Assembly: GCA_965223265.1 (NCBI GenBank)
Contig: OZ244999.1
Location: forward strand, 7,520,001-7,584,000
DNA: 64,000 bases
From: Planctomycetota bacterium
GTDB taxonomy: Bacteria > Planctomycetota > UBA8108 > SXIK01
Reading direction: 5' to 3'
Shown: in pieces, positions 18,788-27,417 of the stretch
Layout: each line of letters opens with the position of its first letter
Numbering within the stretch: position 1 is the stretch's first letter
The notes under the pieces: model-generated
Told to the model about the DNA's origin: nothing
Databases searched by the model: none
Seen by the model: only the letters and a program-made list of their open reading frames with translations
Made by a program: the position numbers and the translations under genes

Positions 18788-19603
18788 TCACGTGCAGACA
18801 TCGATCGGAAACAACTCTCTCAGCTCAGTCGCGGTCGGCTGTCGCCCGTACTCGCTGATTTCGAAAGCTTCAACCCAGCACAGACCGGCGCCTCGCGCAC
18901 CGTAGGTGGAGAGCACTGCGTCGCGGCAGACCTCGGCGACCGCTGCCATCTCAGGCCCCCAGCGTCCGCGCAGCCACTCTCTCCGCTGATCGTCACCCTC
19001 AGGAACGGTCTCGCTGGTGCCGTCGTTGTACGGTAGCCACTCATAGAACTGAGACTCGTGTGCGTTCAACATCTCCCACTTCGTCTGCATCGCGGGCTCA
19101 ACGTCGACAATCACGTCGGGGCGAAACGGAGTCGGCTTCAAGAAATGATCTGCCAAGTATCCGAAAACAGGATTGCGGTCCAAGTGAGGCGTGTCGCGAC
19201 ACACCAGCGGCACAGTAACCATATAGGCTGAGTCCTGGACGAGTAGCGACGTGTAGCGGTGGTCTGGATGGTAGTCGCCTGGTCGATGCGTCAGAACAAG
19301 ATCCGGCTCGAACGACCGGATAAGGCGTATCAGCGCCTGGCGACGCTGAATCGTCGGTTCGAGCTCGCCGTCGGCGTTCGCCACGATTTGATATTCGATG
19401 TCAGCGATCCGAGCAGCATTAGCGGCCTCGTCGGCGCGGCGCGCCGCCAGTGCGTCTGGCTCCATTGCGTGATGCCCCGCGCGGCCGTCGGTCAACGACA
19501 CGAAACGCACGTGATCGCCGCGCCGACGCCAAAGGACCGCCGAACCGCCGCACTTGAGATCGCAATCGTCAGGATGAGCGCCCACGACCAGAATGCGTGT
19601 CAC
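18788..19603 (-). CDS. PIG-L/LmbE family deacetylase
   Basis: VVGAHPDD, R..EA, THRPGDYHPDH and HESQF. Confidence 0.9.
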   Translation of the reverse strand: MTRILVVGAHPDDCDLKCGGSAVLWRRRGDHVRFVSLTDGRAGHHAMEPDALAARRADEAANAARIADIEYQIVANADGELEPTIQRRQALIRLIRSFEPDLVLTHRPGDYHPDHRYTSLLVQDSAYMVTVPLVCRDTPHLDRNPVFGYLADHFLKPTPFRPDVIVDVEPAMQTKWEMLNAHESQFYEWLPYNDGTSETVPEGDDQRREWLRGRWGPEMAAVAEVCRDAVLSTYGARGAGLCWVEAFEISEYGRQPTATELRELFPIDVCT

Positions 19604-19677
19604 ACTGCGCTCCCTTGCTAACCTGCTGTCCGTGTCTCCGCGTGATCCTCAAGCCGCACGCGTATCGCGCAGGTAGC

Positions 19678-21150
19678 CTAACCGTCCCCCGGATGCGAAA
19701 CAATCCCCTGGGCCGGAGGACTGATGAACCAGCTCCCGTTGGCGTAAACCCATTCGATCGGTAGCCGCATCGCGGGAGCATGGGCGCGGTTGAACAAAAT
19801 AACACTCGTCGCTCGCTCGGCAGAGGATTGTCGCGTCGAGTAGTTTCCGAGAACCATGCCCTCGGACCGGGTGCTTCGGAGCAGCGTTCCGATTGTGATC
19901 CTCAGGGTCCGATTCTCGCGCACCTCAGGCACGAAGTATTCCATGATCGCAGCGATTTCGCCTTGCGCGATAGCATGGCGAAATCCTGCGACGCGCAGGT
20001 CAAGATAGCTGTCCGTCACGTGGCTCCGTGGCGCAGGCGAGCGCGGCAGTTCGGGACGACGAACCGGCACTCCCTCGCCGGCGCTACGCCACGCGACTCC
20101 TGCCTGGCGAACGGAACGCTCACGAGGCTCGACGCGCTGCGCACTGACCTCAGGGTCTGTCATCTGTGCTGATTCGTTCGATAGCTTGACAAGCGACGCC
20201 ACCATAACGACGACAGCGACCAGCAAGAGAATCAGCAAACGATGCAGTCGTGGCGTCGACACTTCCACGGTGCGAACCACTGTCGACTGCGACAACGGCT
20301 CGCCGCCTTCCCTGATCTCGTCGATCGCGGACGCCACCTCGTTGCCGGATTGTAGCCGTGCGCTGGGATGCTTTGCGAGAAGCCGATGCACAAGCAAAAC
20401 CACTTCTTCCGGCACGTTCGGAGCGCGTGATCGAAGCGGGATCGGCCGGTCGTGCACGACCTGATGAATCAACGCCGAAAGCGTTTTCCCAGCGAATGGG
20501 ACCTCCCCGCTCAAGAGTGTGTAGAGTGTTGCACCCAAGCTGTATAGATCTGATCTTCCATCGACCTCGTCACCACGACATTGCTCCGGCGACATATATG
20601 CCGGCGTCCCGAGGACCTGCCCGGAACCCGTCGCGAGCGTGTCGTCTGTCAGTGGACGCGCCAAACCGAGATCTGCGATCTTCGCCGACTGATCGCTCGC
20701 CAGCAGAATGTTCGCCGGTTTGATATCGCGGTGGATCACGCCGTGATCATGAGCGTGCTGCAAGCCCTTGGCGACCTGTTTCGCGACGCGTAGGGACAAC
20801 CTGGCGCTCAGCGGTCCTTTATCCGCGATGATCTGGCGCAGATCAGAACCGTCAACGTACTCCATGACGATGTAGTAAAGCCCCTCGTCCTCACCGATGT
20901 CATAGAACTTGATGATCGAGGGATGGTTGAGGTTCGAAGCCAGCTTCGCCTCGCGTAGAAAACGGCGAAACAGCCCGTCGTCCGTGATCAACTCCGGATG
21001 GAGCACTTTCACAGCAACGTCGCGTTCGATCAGCCGGTTCGTCGCCCGATAGACCGTCCCCATGCCGCCACCGGCGATGAACGACTGCACTGTGCAGCCG
21101 CCAATCGTCATTCCAGGACGGAGTATGGGCGTCTTCGAGAGTGTGGTCAT
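19678..21150 (-). CDS. Membrane-anchored Hanks-type serine/threonine protein kinase
   Basis: GGGMGTVY, VAVKVL, HRDIKPAN, DLG, GTPAYMSPEQ and DGRSDLYSLG. One TM helix (LLILLLVAVVVMVASLV) precedes the C-terminal domain. Confidence 0.9.
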   Translation of the reverse strand: MTTLSKTPILRPGMTIGGCTVQSFIAGGGMGTVYRATNRLIERDVAVKVLHPELITDDGLFRRFLREAKLASNLNHPSIIKFYDIGEDEGLYYIVMEYVDGSDLRQIIADKGPLSARLSLRVAKQVAKGLQHAHDHGVIHRDIKPANILLASDQSAKIADLGLARPLTDDTLATGSGQVLGTPAYMSPEQCRGDEVDGRSDLYSLGATLYTLLSGEVPFAGKTLSALIHQVVHDRPIPLRSRAPNVPEEVVLLVHRLLAKHPSARLQSGNEVASAIDEIREGGEPLSQSTVVRTVEVSTPRLHRLLILLLVAVVVMVASLVKLSNESAQMTDPEVSAQRVEPRERSVRQAGVAWRSAGEGVPVRRPELPRSPAPRSHVTDSYLDLRVAGFRHAIAQGEIAAIMEYFVPEVRENRTLRITIGTLLRSTRSEGMVLGNYSTRQSSAERATSVILFNRAHAPAMRLPIEWVYANGSWFISPPAQGIVSHPGDG

Positions 21151-21236
21151 ATCTGTTGTATCGGCACGGCCGCAAGTCGAGAGCACAAAGCACTCGCTTT
21201 CGCAGACCTGGCGAGATTCCGGAAAATTCGAGGAAG

Positions 21237-22010
21237 TTACTCGGGCGTCACGTAAGCGCTGGTAATGCCGCCGTCGACCAAAAACTCGGCCCCGGTCATG
21301 TAGGACGAATCATCGCAGGCAAGAAACAGCGCCGCCTTCGCCATCTCGCGTGCTTCACCGAAACGCCCCATGGGGATATGGACGAGACGCCGCTGCTTCT
21401 TTGGCTCGGTGTCAAGAAACTTCATCAGAAGCTCCGTCCGCAGCGGCCCCGGACAAAGTGCATTCACGCGGATCCCTTCGCGCGCATGAATCGTCGCAAG
21501 CTCGCGTGTCAGCGCCAGGACTCCTCCCTTGCTTGCTGTGTAGGCGGCCTGCGGGGTTGCCGCACCAAGGTGGGCGACAAAGGAGGCGGTATTGATGACG
21601 GTCCCTCCACCGGCACGGCGGAGGGCCGGAATGCCGAACTTGCATCCAAGAAACACACCTTTGAGATTCACGGCAAGAGTCAAGTCCCAAACGTCTTCCT
21701 CGGTCGACTCGGCATCACCGTCCGCACTGTGCATGATGCCCGCATTGTTGAACAGAACATCCAAACTCCCGAACGTACCCTCTGCGACCCTGATCATGTT
21801 CTCGCAATCCTGCGCGCGAGCGACGTCGGCGCGGCAGAAGACGGCATCGCCACCCGCCGCCTTCACGCTCTCTACCGTCTGCTCGCCTGCCGGTGGGTCT
21901 ATGTCGACAACGACGACCTTCGATCCCTCGGCTGCGAAGAGGAGCGCTGATTCGCGCCCGATACCGCTGCCGCCGCCAGTCACAAGCGACACTTTCCCGT
22001 CGAGTCTCAT
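21237..22010 (-). CDS. Short-chain dehydrogenase/reductase
   Basis: TGGGSGIG, NNAG, YTASK and RVNALCPG. ATG at 22010 follows AGGAAAG. Confidence 0.92.
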   Translation of the reverse strand: MRLDGKVSLVTGGGSGIGRESALLFAAEGSKVVVVDIDPPAGEQTVESVKAAGGDAVFCRADVARAQDCENMIRVAEGTFGSLDVLFNNAGIMHSADGDAESTEEDVWDLTLAVNLKGVFLGCKFGIPALRRAGGGTVINTASFVAHLGAATPQAAYTASKGGVLALTRELATIHAREGIRVNALCPGPLRTELLMKFLDTEPKKQRRLVHIPMGRFGEAREMAKAALFLACDDSSYMTGAEFLVDGGITSAYVTPE

Positions 22011-22054
22011 GTCTTTCCTTTCTCGGCGCGCCTGCGCGTCTCGAAGGTTCTGAA

Positions 22055-22756
22055 TCACGCCTTCAACTTTTGGACGAGTGCGTCGAACAGACGCTGCTGA
22101 GGCGGGTGAGTCGCCGCGGTGATCTCGGGATGCCACTGCACTCCGATGAGCCAGTTGTGCTCTGGCATCTCAATCGCCTCGATGACATCGTCGGGAGCCC
22201 GCGCCACGACGCGTAGCGGCGCCGCCAAAGCGCGGATCGCCTGATGATGCCACGACGCAACTTCAAACTCCGATGCGCCGACGATCGCTGCCAAAGCGGA
22301 GCTCGGATCCACCGTCACCATATGCGAGATCGGCTCACGTGGCGGCGCACGGTGTAGTACGGCCTCGCCGACGATGTCCGGCAAGTGCTCGTGGAGTGTG
22401 CCGCCCAAGACGACGTTGACGAGCTGCATCCCGCGGCAGATCGCGAGCGTCGGCACTTGGGAGTCGACAATGTGACGCACGAGTTCAAGCTCACTCGTGT
22501 CGCGCTCGTCGTCCACCATGTAGACACTTTCATGCTCTCGCCCACCATAATGCGATGGCGCGAGGTCGCCGCCTCCAACCAGCACCCAGCCATCAACGCG
22601 CGGGAAGATGTCCTGCCATCGCGACTCGCCGGGCGCAACCAGCACGGGCACGCCACCGGCGCGACGCAACGCGTCAAGATAGTTTCCCGGAAGGACAAAA
22701 CTTCCCTCTTCGTCCCGTCCGTACGTCGTCACGCCGACCACGGGCGCCGACATCAC
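22055..22756 (-). CDS. Gamma-glutamyl-amide hydrolase (PuuD-like, peptidase C26)
   Basis: GG.D..P..YG, RD..E, AICRGMQ (nucleophile Cys), S.HHQA and GVQWHPE. Confidence 0.9.
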   Translation of the reverse strand: MMSAPVVGVTTYGRDEEGSFVLPGNYLDALRRAGGVPVLVAPGESRWQDIFPRVDGWVLVGGGDLAPSHYGGREHESVYMVDDERDTSELELVRHIVDSQVPTLAICRGMQLVNVVLGGTLHEHLPDIVGEAVLHRAPPREPISHMVTVDPSSALAAIVGASEFEVASWHHQAIRALAAPLRVVARAPDDVIEAIEMPEHNWLIGVQWHPEITAATHPPQQRLFDALVQKLKA

Positions 22757-22816
22757 TGTGCCCCTCTAGTGAACGCCCGGCGCCGGGCCGCGGCTCCAAT
22801 CAACAGGCCATTCACG

Positions 22817-24196
22817 TCAAATCCGCTCAAAGTACCGTCGCCTCTCCCAGTCGGTAACGGCAGCTGAGTACGCCGCAGCTTCGGTACGGAAAAAATGGTG
22901 ATAGTGGTCAATCACATCGTCACCGAACGTTTCGCGCGCAAAGACGCTCGACGCCAGCGACTCGCTTGCATCGGCGAGCGTTGACGGCAGCTGAGCGACG
23001 TCCGCTGCAGCATAAACGTCGCCGTCGAACGCGGCGGGCGGCTCGAGACGACGCTCTACCCCTGCCAAGCCCGACGCCAAAGCCGCAGCAAAGGCCAGGT
23101 ATGGATTGCAGTCGGCGCCCGGGATCCGACACTCGATACGAAGACTCGGCCCTGAGCCGACCACCCGGAACCCAGCTGTTCGGTTGTCAACGCTCCACGC
23201 CAGCCCGGTTGGCGCCCACGATCCCGATTGAAACCGTTTGTAGGAGTTGACCGTCGGCGCGTAGAAGACCATAAGCTCCGGCGCGTAGTGAAGCCAGCCG
23301 GCTAGAAACCACCGAAACGTGTCGCTGCATGCCACACCGCCGCATTCATGGTTGCCGGCAAACGCGTTTTTCCCATCGCGCCACAGGCTCAAGTGTAGGT
23401 GACACGAGGATCCTGCACGGTCCTCCATGAACTTCGCCATGAACGTGACGCTCAACCCCTGCGCGTCGGCCGTCTCTTTGAGGCACTGTTTGTAGACGAC
23501 GTGCCGATCGGCCATCGTCAAGACGTCTGCATAGCGAACGTTGAGCTCGTGCTGACCAAGCCCCCACTCTCCTTTCGAGTTCTCAACCGGCACTCCAGAA
23601 TCGCGCAGGTGTCGTCGAACACAACCGACGTAATCCTCAACGCGTGCCCCCTGAAGCGCGTGGTAGTCTTCGATATACCAACCGGCAGGCTCGAGCACGG
23701 AATAACCGCTCGAGGCAGCGTCGCGGTACGACGTGCGAAAGAGATAAAACTCCAGCTCGGATGCTCCCATGACGTCGAAGCCCAACGCACCTGCACGTGC
23801 CACCTGCGAGCGAAGGAGACTGCGCGGCGCGACGCGAACGAGATCGTGAGCGCGTTCGTTTTGGACGTCGCATAAGACCAGCGCAGTTCTGTCGAGCCAC
23901 GCCGCCCGACGCATGGAGTGAAGGTCGGGGACTAGGTGAAAGTCTCCGTAGCCTTTCTCCCAGTTGGCGAATTGGTAGCCGGAGACGGGCTCCATCTCCA
24001 TGTCGACCGTGAGCAAATAGTCGCAGCCATGTGTGCCAGCGGTCACGACCTCGCGAAGAAAGTGTTCCGCGTCGAACCGCTTGCCCACAAGTCGGCCGTA
24101 GAGATCGGTGCAACCGACGACAACCGTATCGACTTCGCCCTGCTGCACAGCCGCCTGCAGCTGCTCTTGGTTCAGCATCCCTCGGACAACGCACAT
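22817..24196 (-). CDS. Glutamine synthetase-like gamma-glutamylamide synthetase (GlnA4/PuuA-like)
   Basis: D..GRL.GKR, C.YLL.VD.EM....GY....WEKGYGDF, ELEF, E...GQHE, TFMAK, GSSCH.H.S, NSYKR, DNRT..FR and RIECR.PG.D.NPY. Confidence 0.9.
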   Translation of the reverse strand: MCVVRGMLNQEQLQAAVQQGEVDTVVVGCTDLYGRLVGKRFDAEHFLREVVTAGTHGCDYLLTVDMEMEPVSGYQFANWEKGYGDFHLVPDLHSMRRAAWLDRTALVLCDVQNERAHDLVRVAPRSLLRSQVARAGALGFDVMGASELEFYLFRTSYRDAASSGYSVLEPAGWYIEDYHALQGARVEDYVGCVRRHLRDSGVPVENSKGEWGLGQHELNVRYADVLTMADRHVVYKQCLKETADAQGLSVTFMAKFMEDRAGSSCHLHLSLWRDGKNAFAGNHECGGVACSDTFRWFLAGWLHYAPELMVFYAPTVNSYKRFQSGSWAPTGLAWSVDNRTAGFRVVGSGPSLRIECRIPGADCNPYLAFAAALASGLAGVERRLEPPAAFDGDVYAAADVAQLPSTLADASESLASSVFARETFGDDVIDHYHHFFRTEAAAYSAAVTDWERRRYFERI

Positions 24197-24214
24197 GGCA
24201 GTCTCTCCTACGGT

Positions 24215-24287
24215 ATTCGCCCATCTATCTCAAGGATCGGCAGAATAAATGGAATTCTGCGACTTGATCGACATTCATGTGGCGAAT
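24215..24287 (-). promoter_or_regulatory. Long imperfect inverted repeat immediately 5' of the RBS of the GS-like gene
   Basis: Nested pairs ATTCGCC/GGCGAAT, TCAAG/CTTGA and GCAGAAT (24240-24246)/ATTCTGC (24254-24260) around a 7-nt spacer. Confidence 0.45.
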
Positions 24288-24630
24288 TCACCGCCCTCAG
24301 TTTCGAGCTCCTATTCGCGAAGTCGACGGTGCTCTCCGTCGTGTCTGTTAGAGCTTAGACCCCCATCTCAGTGGCGGTGGAAGCGCTTCGTTCCGAGCTA
24401 CAGCTTTCTCATATCCTCAGGCTCAGAACGCGAGCGCTGTCCTTCGCTCCCCAAGCTGATCCGCAAGCTGGATCGGCACGGTCACGGGTCACGGCTTGAT
24501 TCGCGCGCCTCCTGGCGTCGCCCGAAGGCCCGGAGGCAAGATCCGCCTTCGGTCTGGGTATCCGCCACCAAGAGAGTCGGCGGTCCACGACCCACGCGCG
24601 TCCGGTTGCCGAGGAGACAACCTCAAGTCA

Positions 24631-25623
24631 TCATTCCGCCGCCACAGCCAGCAGGCTTGCTGTCGAACCCCGGTTCGAAGTCACGATCCACTTGCGATCG
24701 GGGGAGAGCGTCATGGAGTAGACGACGGTCGGCAAACGCCGGTGGCTGAGCCGGCTGCCCTTCGCCGTGTCCCACACGATGACATGGCCGCCGTAGTCGA
24801 CCGAGACGGCACGCTCCGCGCCGGATAGAACGCCGAGGCCACAAACCCAGCCTGGGTGTCCCTCGTAAACGGCTACCTGCTGTCCGTCGCTCGCATTCCA
24901 CTTGCGCACCGTGCGGTCGGTGCTTCCGGAATAGAGAAACTTGCCGTCGTCGGAGAAGCTCAGAGCCAAGACACCTTCCTGATGACCGCTCAACTTCTGG
25001 ATTTCCTTGGCGTCCGCGACGTTCAACAGTTTGATCTGTGTGTCGAGACCCGAACTCGCCAGGGTTTTACCGTCGGGACTGAAGACAACCGCGTAGACGC
25101 TTGACTCGTGAGCCTCTAGCGAATGAAGCTGCGAGGCGTCTTCGTTCTTCCAAAGGTGCACCGTTTTTGCGGCGCTTCCCGAGGCGATCGTTTGGCCGTC
25201 CGGCGAGAAGGCCACACAGTGGACGAAAGCCGGGTGTTCCTTGAACGTACGCAGAGCTTCGGGTCCGTCAGTCTGATCGCGCTCTTGAGGCTGCTTGACC
25301 ACTTGCCACAGCTTGAGCGTTTTATCGGCACTACCACTGACGATTGTTTGGCCGTCCGGCGAGAAGGCTACACACATCACCTTGGCCTCGTGCCCCTTGT
25401 ACGTCGCGATCGCCTGCGCCGAGCCTGCATTCCACAGGCGCACGGTCTTGTCGTAACTGGCGGTCGCTAGGAGCCCGGAGTCCGCGCTGAGCGCGGCGGA
25501 GTAGACCTCAGCATCATGTCCTGCAAACACCTTCGCAGGCTCGACGGACACCGCGTCGGCGTGTACGGAAGCAGCGCTGACGAGAGCGATCAACGCCACA
25601 GGGAGGCACGCGCGTCGTCTCAT
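24631..25623 (-). CDS. Secreted WD40 repeat protein
   Basis: Repeated GH...V..VAFSPDG..LASGS.D.T..LW units after a signal-peptide-like MRRRACLPVALIALVSAASVHA. The start is uncertain; the ORF opens at 25779. Confidence 0.9.
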   Translation of the reverse strand: MRRRACLPVALIALVSAASVHADAVSVEPAKVFAGHDAEVYSAALSADSGLLATASYDKTVRLWNAGSAQAIATYKGHEAKVMCVAFSPDGQTIVSGSADKTLKLWQVVKQPQERDQTDGPEALRTFKEHPAFVHCVAFSPDGQTIASGSAAKTVHLWKNEDASQLHSLEAHESSVYAVVFSPDGKTLASSGLDTQIKLLNVADAKEIQKLSGHQEGVLALSFSDDGKFLYSGSTDRTVRKWNASDGQQVAVYEGHPGWVCGLGVLSGAERAVSVDYGGHVIVWDTAKGSRLSHRRLPTVVYSMTLSPDRKWIVTSNRGSTASLLAVAAE

Positions 25624-26099
25624 GAACAAGGTCCAACGGGAGCCGTGGGGCATGTGCAACGGGCCATTCTTTTCCATGACGGGGCGCTCCGGAAAATGCG
25701 GGTCGATGGGTGCGCTTGCGCGGTGGTCGATCAACGAGGTGTGGTACAGACACCATAGTAACGGTTTCGTAGCGCTCATGTCTTGACCGAACTCGCTGCG
25801 TTATCGGCCTTGATCTCCGTGCGCCTGGCGCACTTAGCATAGCCCGCAGCAACGATTCACGAGGTTTTCAGTGGACATGACGGCTCAGATGTGGAACGCT
25901 GCCAGGCGCTAAGAAGTCCGGTACAAACCGCCTCGTACCGGTGCTGGGTCGCCGAAGCACCGTCGGCGTCCTCTCGACGACCAGACCGTCGGCGCCAGCC
26001 ATGAGAGTCGACACGATATGGATCGGGGGCAAAGAGCGGTCCGCAGCCGACCACGCACCGTCGATTCTCATCGCCATCGAGCACGCAGCGCATCCTCTT

Positions 26100-27281
26100 A
26101 TGAGAAAAAGAGTTTCTGCCTCCCACATCAATCCAACGGATGACTCCCGAAGCTCAGTGCCGCGAGGGGTCTCCACACCGTTGACGAAGGTTCGCAGCGT
26201 CAAGAAACAGCTGGCGAAGAAAGGCCCCACGAAAAAGAAGGCTGCGGCCAAGAAAAGCAACGGCAAGAAGACGACAGCGAAAAAGAAGGCGACGACCGCT
26301 AAGAAGAAACCTGCTGCACGGCAAAGCGGGAAGAAGAGCGCGAAGAAAGAGAGTGCAGCGAAAAAAGTAAGCAAGAAGCCAAGTTCGAGCAAGGCGACGG
26401 CAAAGAAAGCGAGCGTCAAGAAAACGCCCGCGAAAGCCAGCACCAAGAAGACCAGCGCGAAGAAAAAAAGTAGCACGAAGACACCCGCGAAGACTTCCGC
26501 AGCCCGTAGCGTCAGCGCCAAGAAGACACCCGCGAAGAAGGCTGCGCACACGGCATCGGCGACGAAAGCGCCGAAGGTCGCAGAGAGCAGTGAAGGTGAG
26601 GCAGCTGCGGCGGCAACGGTGAAGAAGACCGCGAAGAAGAGCACGAAGAAGTCGACGCCGCGTGGCCTGCTGCCGCGCCCCCGATCGACGAAGCCCGCGC
26701 CGCGGCAGCCGATCGTCGAAAGCACGACTAAACACGTCGAGTCGCTCCGACAGCTATCCATCGAGAAGCTCGAAGAATTCTTCGAAACCGCAGCGGTGGA
26801 CGAGCTCCTGTCCATCTTTGAAGACAGCTACGCCAGCGATGTGGTCAATCTGCTCTTCGACCTGAAGAAGTCGACGGTGCGAACGCTTCTCGACAATCTC
26901 GCCAAAGCTCGCAAGCGCGCCATCGCCGAAGTGGCAACCTTGTATCACTACAAGGACTATCTGTTGAACCCGTTTCCGCTCGAAGTCGGGAGCGACCGCA
27001 TCCCGAATTGTTATGCGATTCTCGGGGTACCGCGCGACATCGACGCCGACGATCTTAAGATGGCGTACCGCTGGTTGAGCAAGGCGCACCAACCGGACCG
27101 ATTTCATCCTGACATGAGACCCGCTGGTCTCGAGCGCCTCGAAGAAATCGACGACGCCTACTGGCAGCTCAGCACGCCCGAACGGCGTGACCATGCCGAC
27201 GCCGTCCTTCCCAGCATGCCCTATCTCTACCCGCGCCGCGAACAGTCGTGGATCGACTCCGTCGCGCGGCTCATTGCGTAG
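26100..27281 (+). CDS. Histone H1-like Lys/Ala-rich protein with C-terminal J-domain (DnaJ-like)
   Basis: About 150 aa of KKAAAKK/KKTPAK repeats, then YAILGV..D.D.DDLK.AYR.LSKAHQPD...IDDAY..LS.PERR. The start codon is uncertain. Confidence 0.8.
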   Translation: MRKRVSASHINPTDDSRSSVPRGVSTPLTKVRSVKKQLAKKGPTKKKAAAKKSNGKKTTAKKKATTAKKKPAARQSGKKSAKKESAAKKVSKKPSSSKATAKKASVKKTPAKASTKKTSAKKKSSTKTPAKTSAARSVSAKKTPAKKAAHTASATKAPKVAESSEGEAAAAATVKKTAKKSTKKSTPRGLLPRPRSTKPAPRQPIVESTTKHVESLRQLSIEKLEEFFETAAVDELLSIFEDSYASDVVNLLFDLKKSTVRTLLDNLAKARKRAIAEVATLYHYKDYLLNPFPLEVGSDRIPNCYAILGVPRDIDADDLKMAYRWLSKAHQPDRFHPDMRPAGLERLEEIDDAYWQLSTPERRDHADAVLPSMPYLYPRREQSWIDSVARLIA

Positions 27282-27417
27282 GGCGCGGCGCAGCTCAAGA
27301 ACGGCTCAGTGACCGTTACGCGTGTTGATCGCGGATGGGATCGCGGCTTCCACTTGCACCCCAGCGAGTCGGGGGTTCGTCCTTGGAACTGGAAAACTGG
27401 AAGCGGTGCGGGCGTCG

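Noticed and set aside
24249-24749. 166-aa ORF in the gap between the GS-like and WD40 genes
   Set aside because: It has an Arg/Ser/Pro-rich composition, no RBS or motif, and overlaps the WD40 gene end. Likely non-coding.
25868-26815. 315-aa Phe/Leu/Ala-rich 'membrane protein' on the minus strand
   Set aside because: It is the antisense shadow of the Lys/Ala-rich H1-like gene: AAG and AAA codons read as CTT and TTT.
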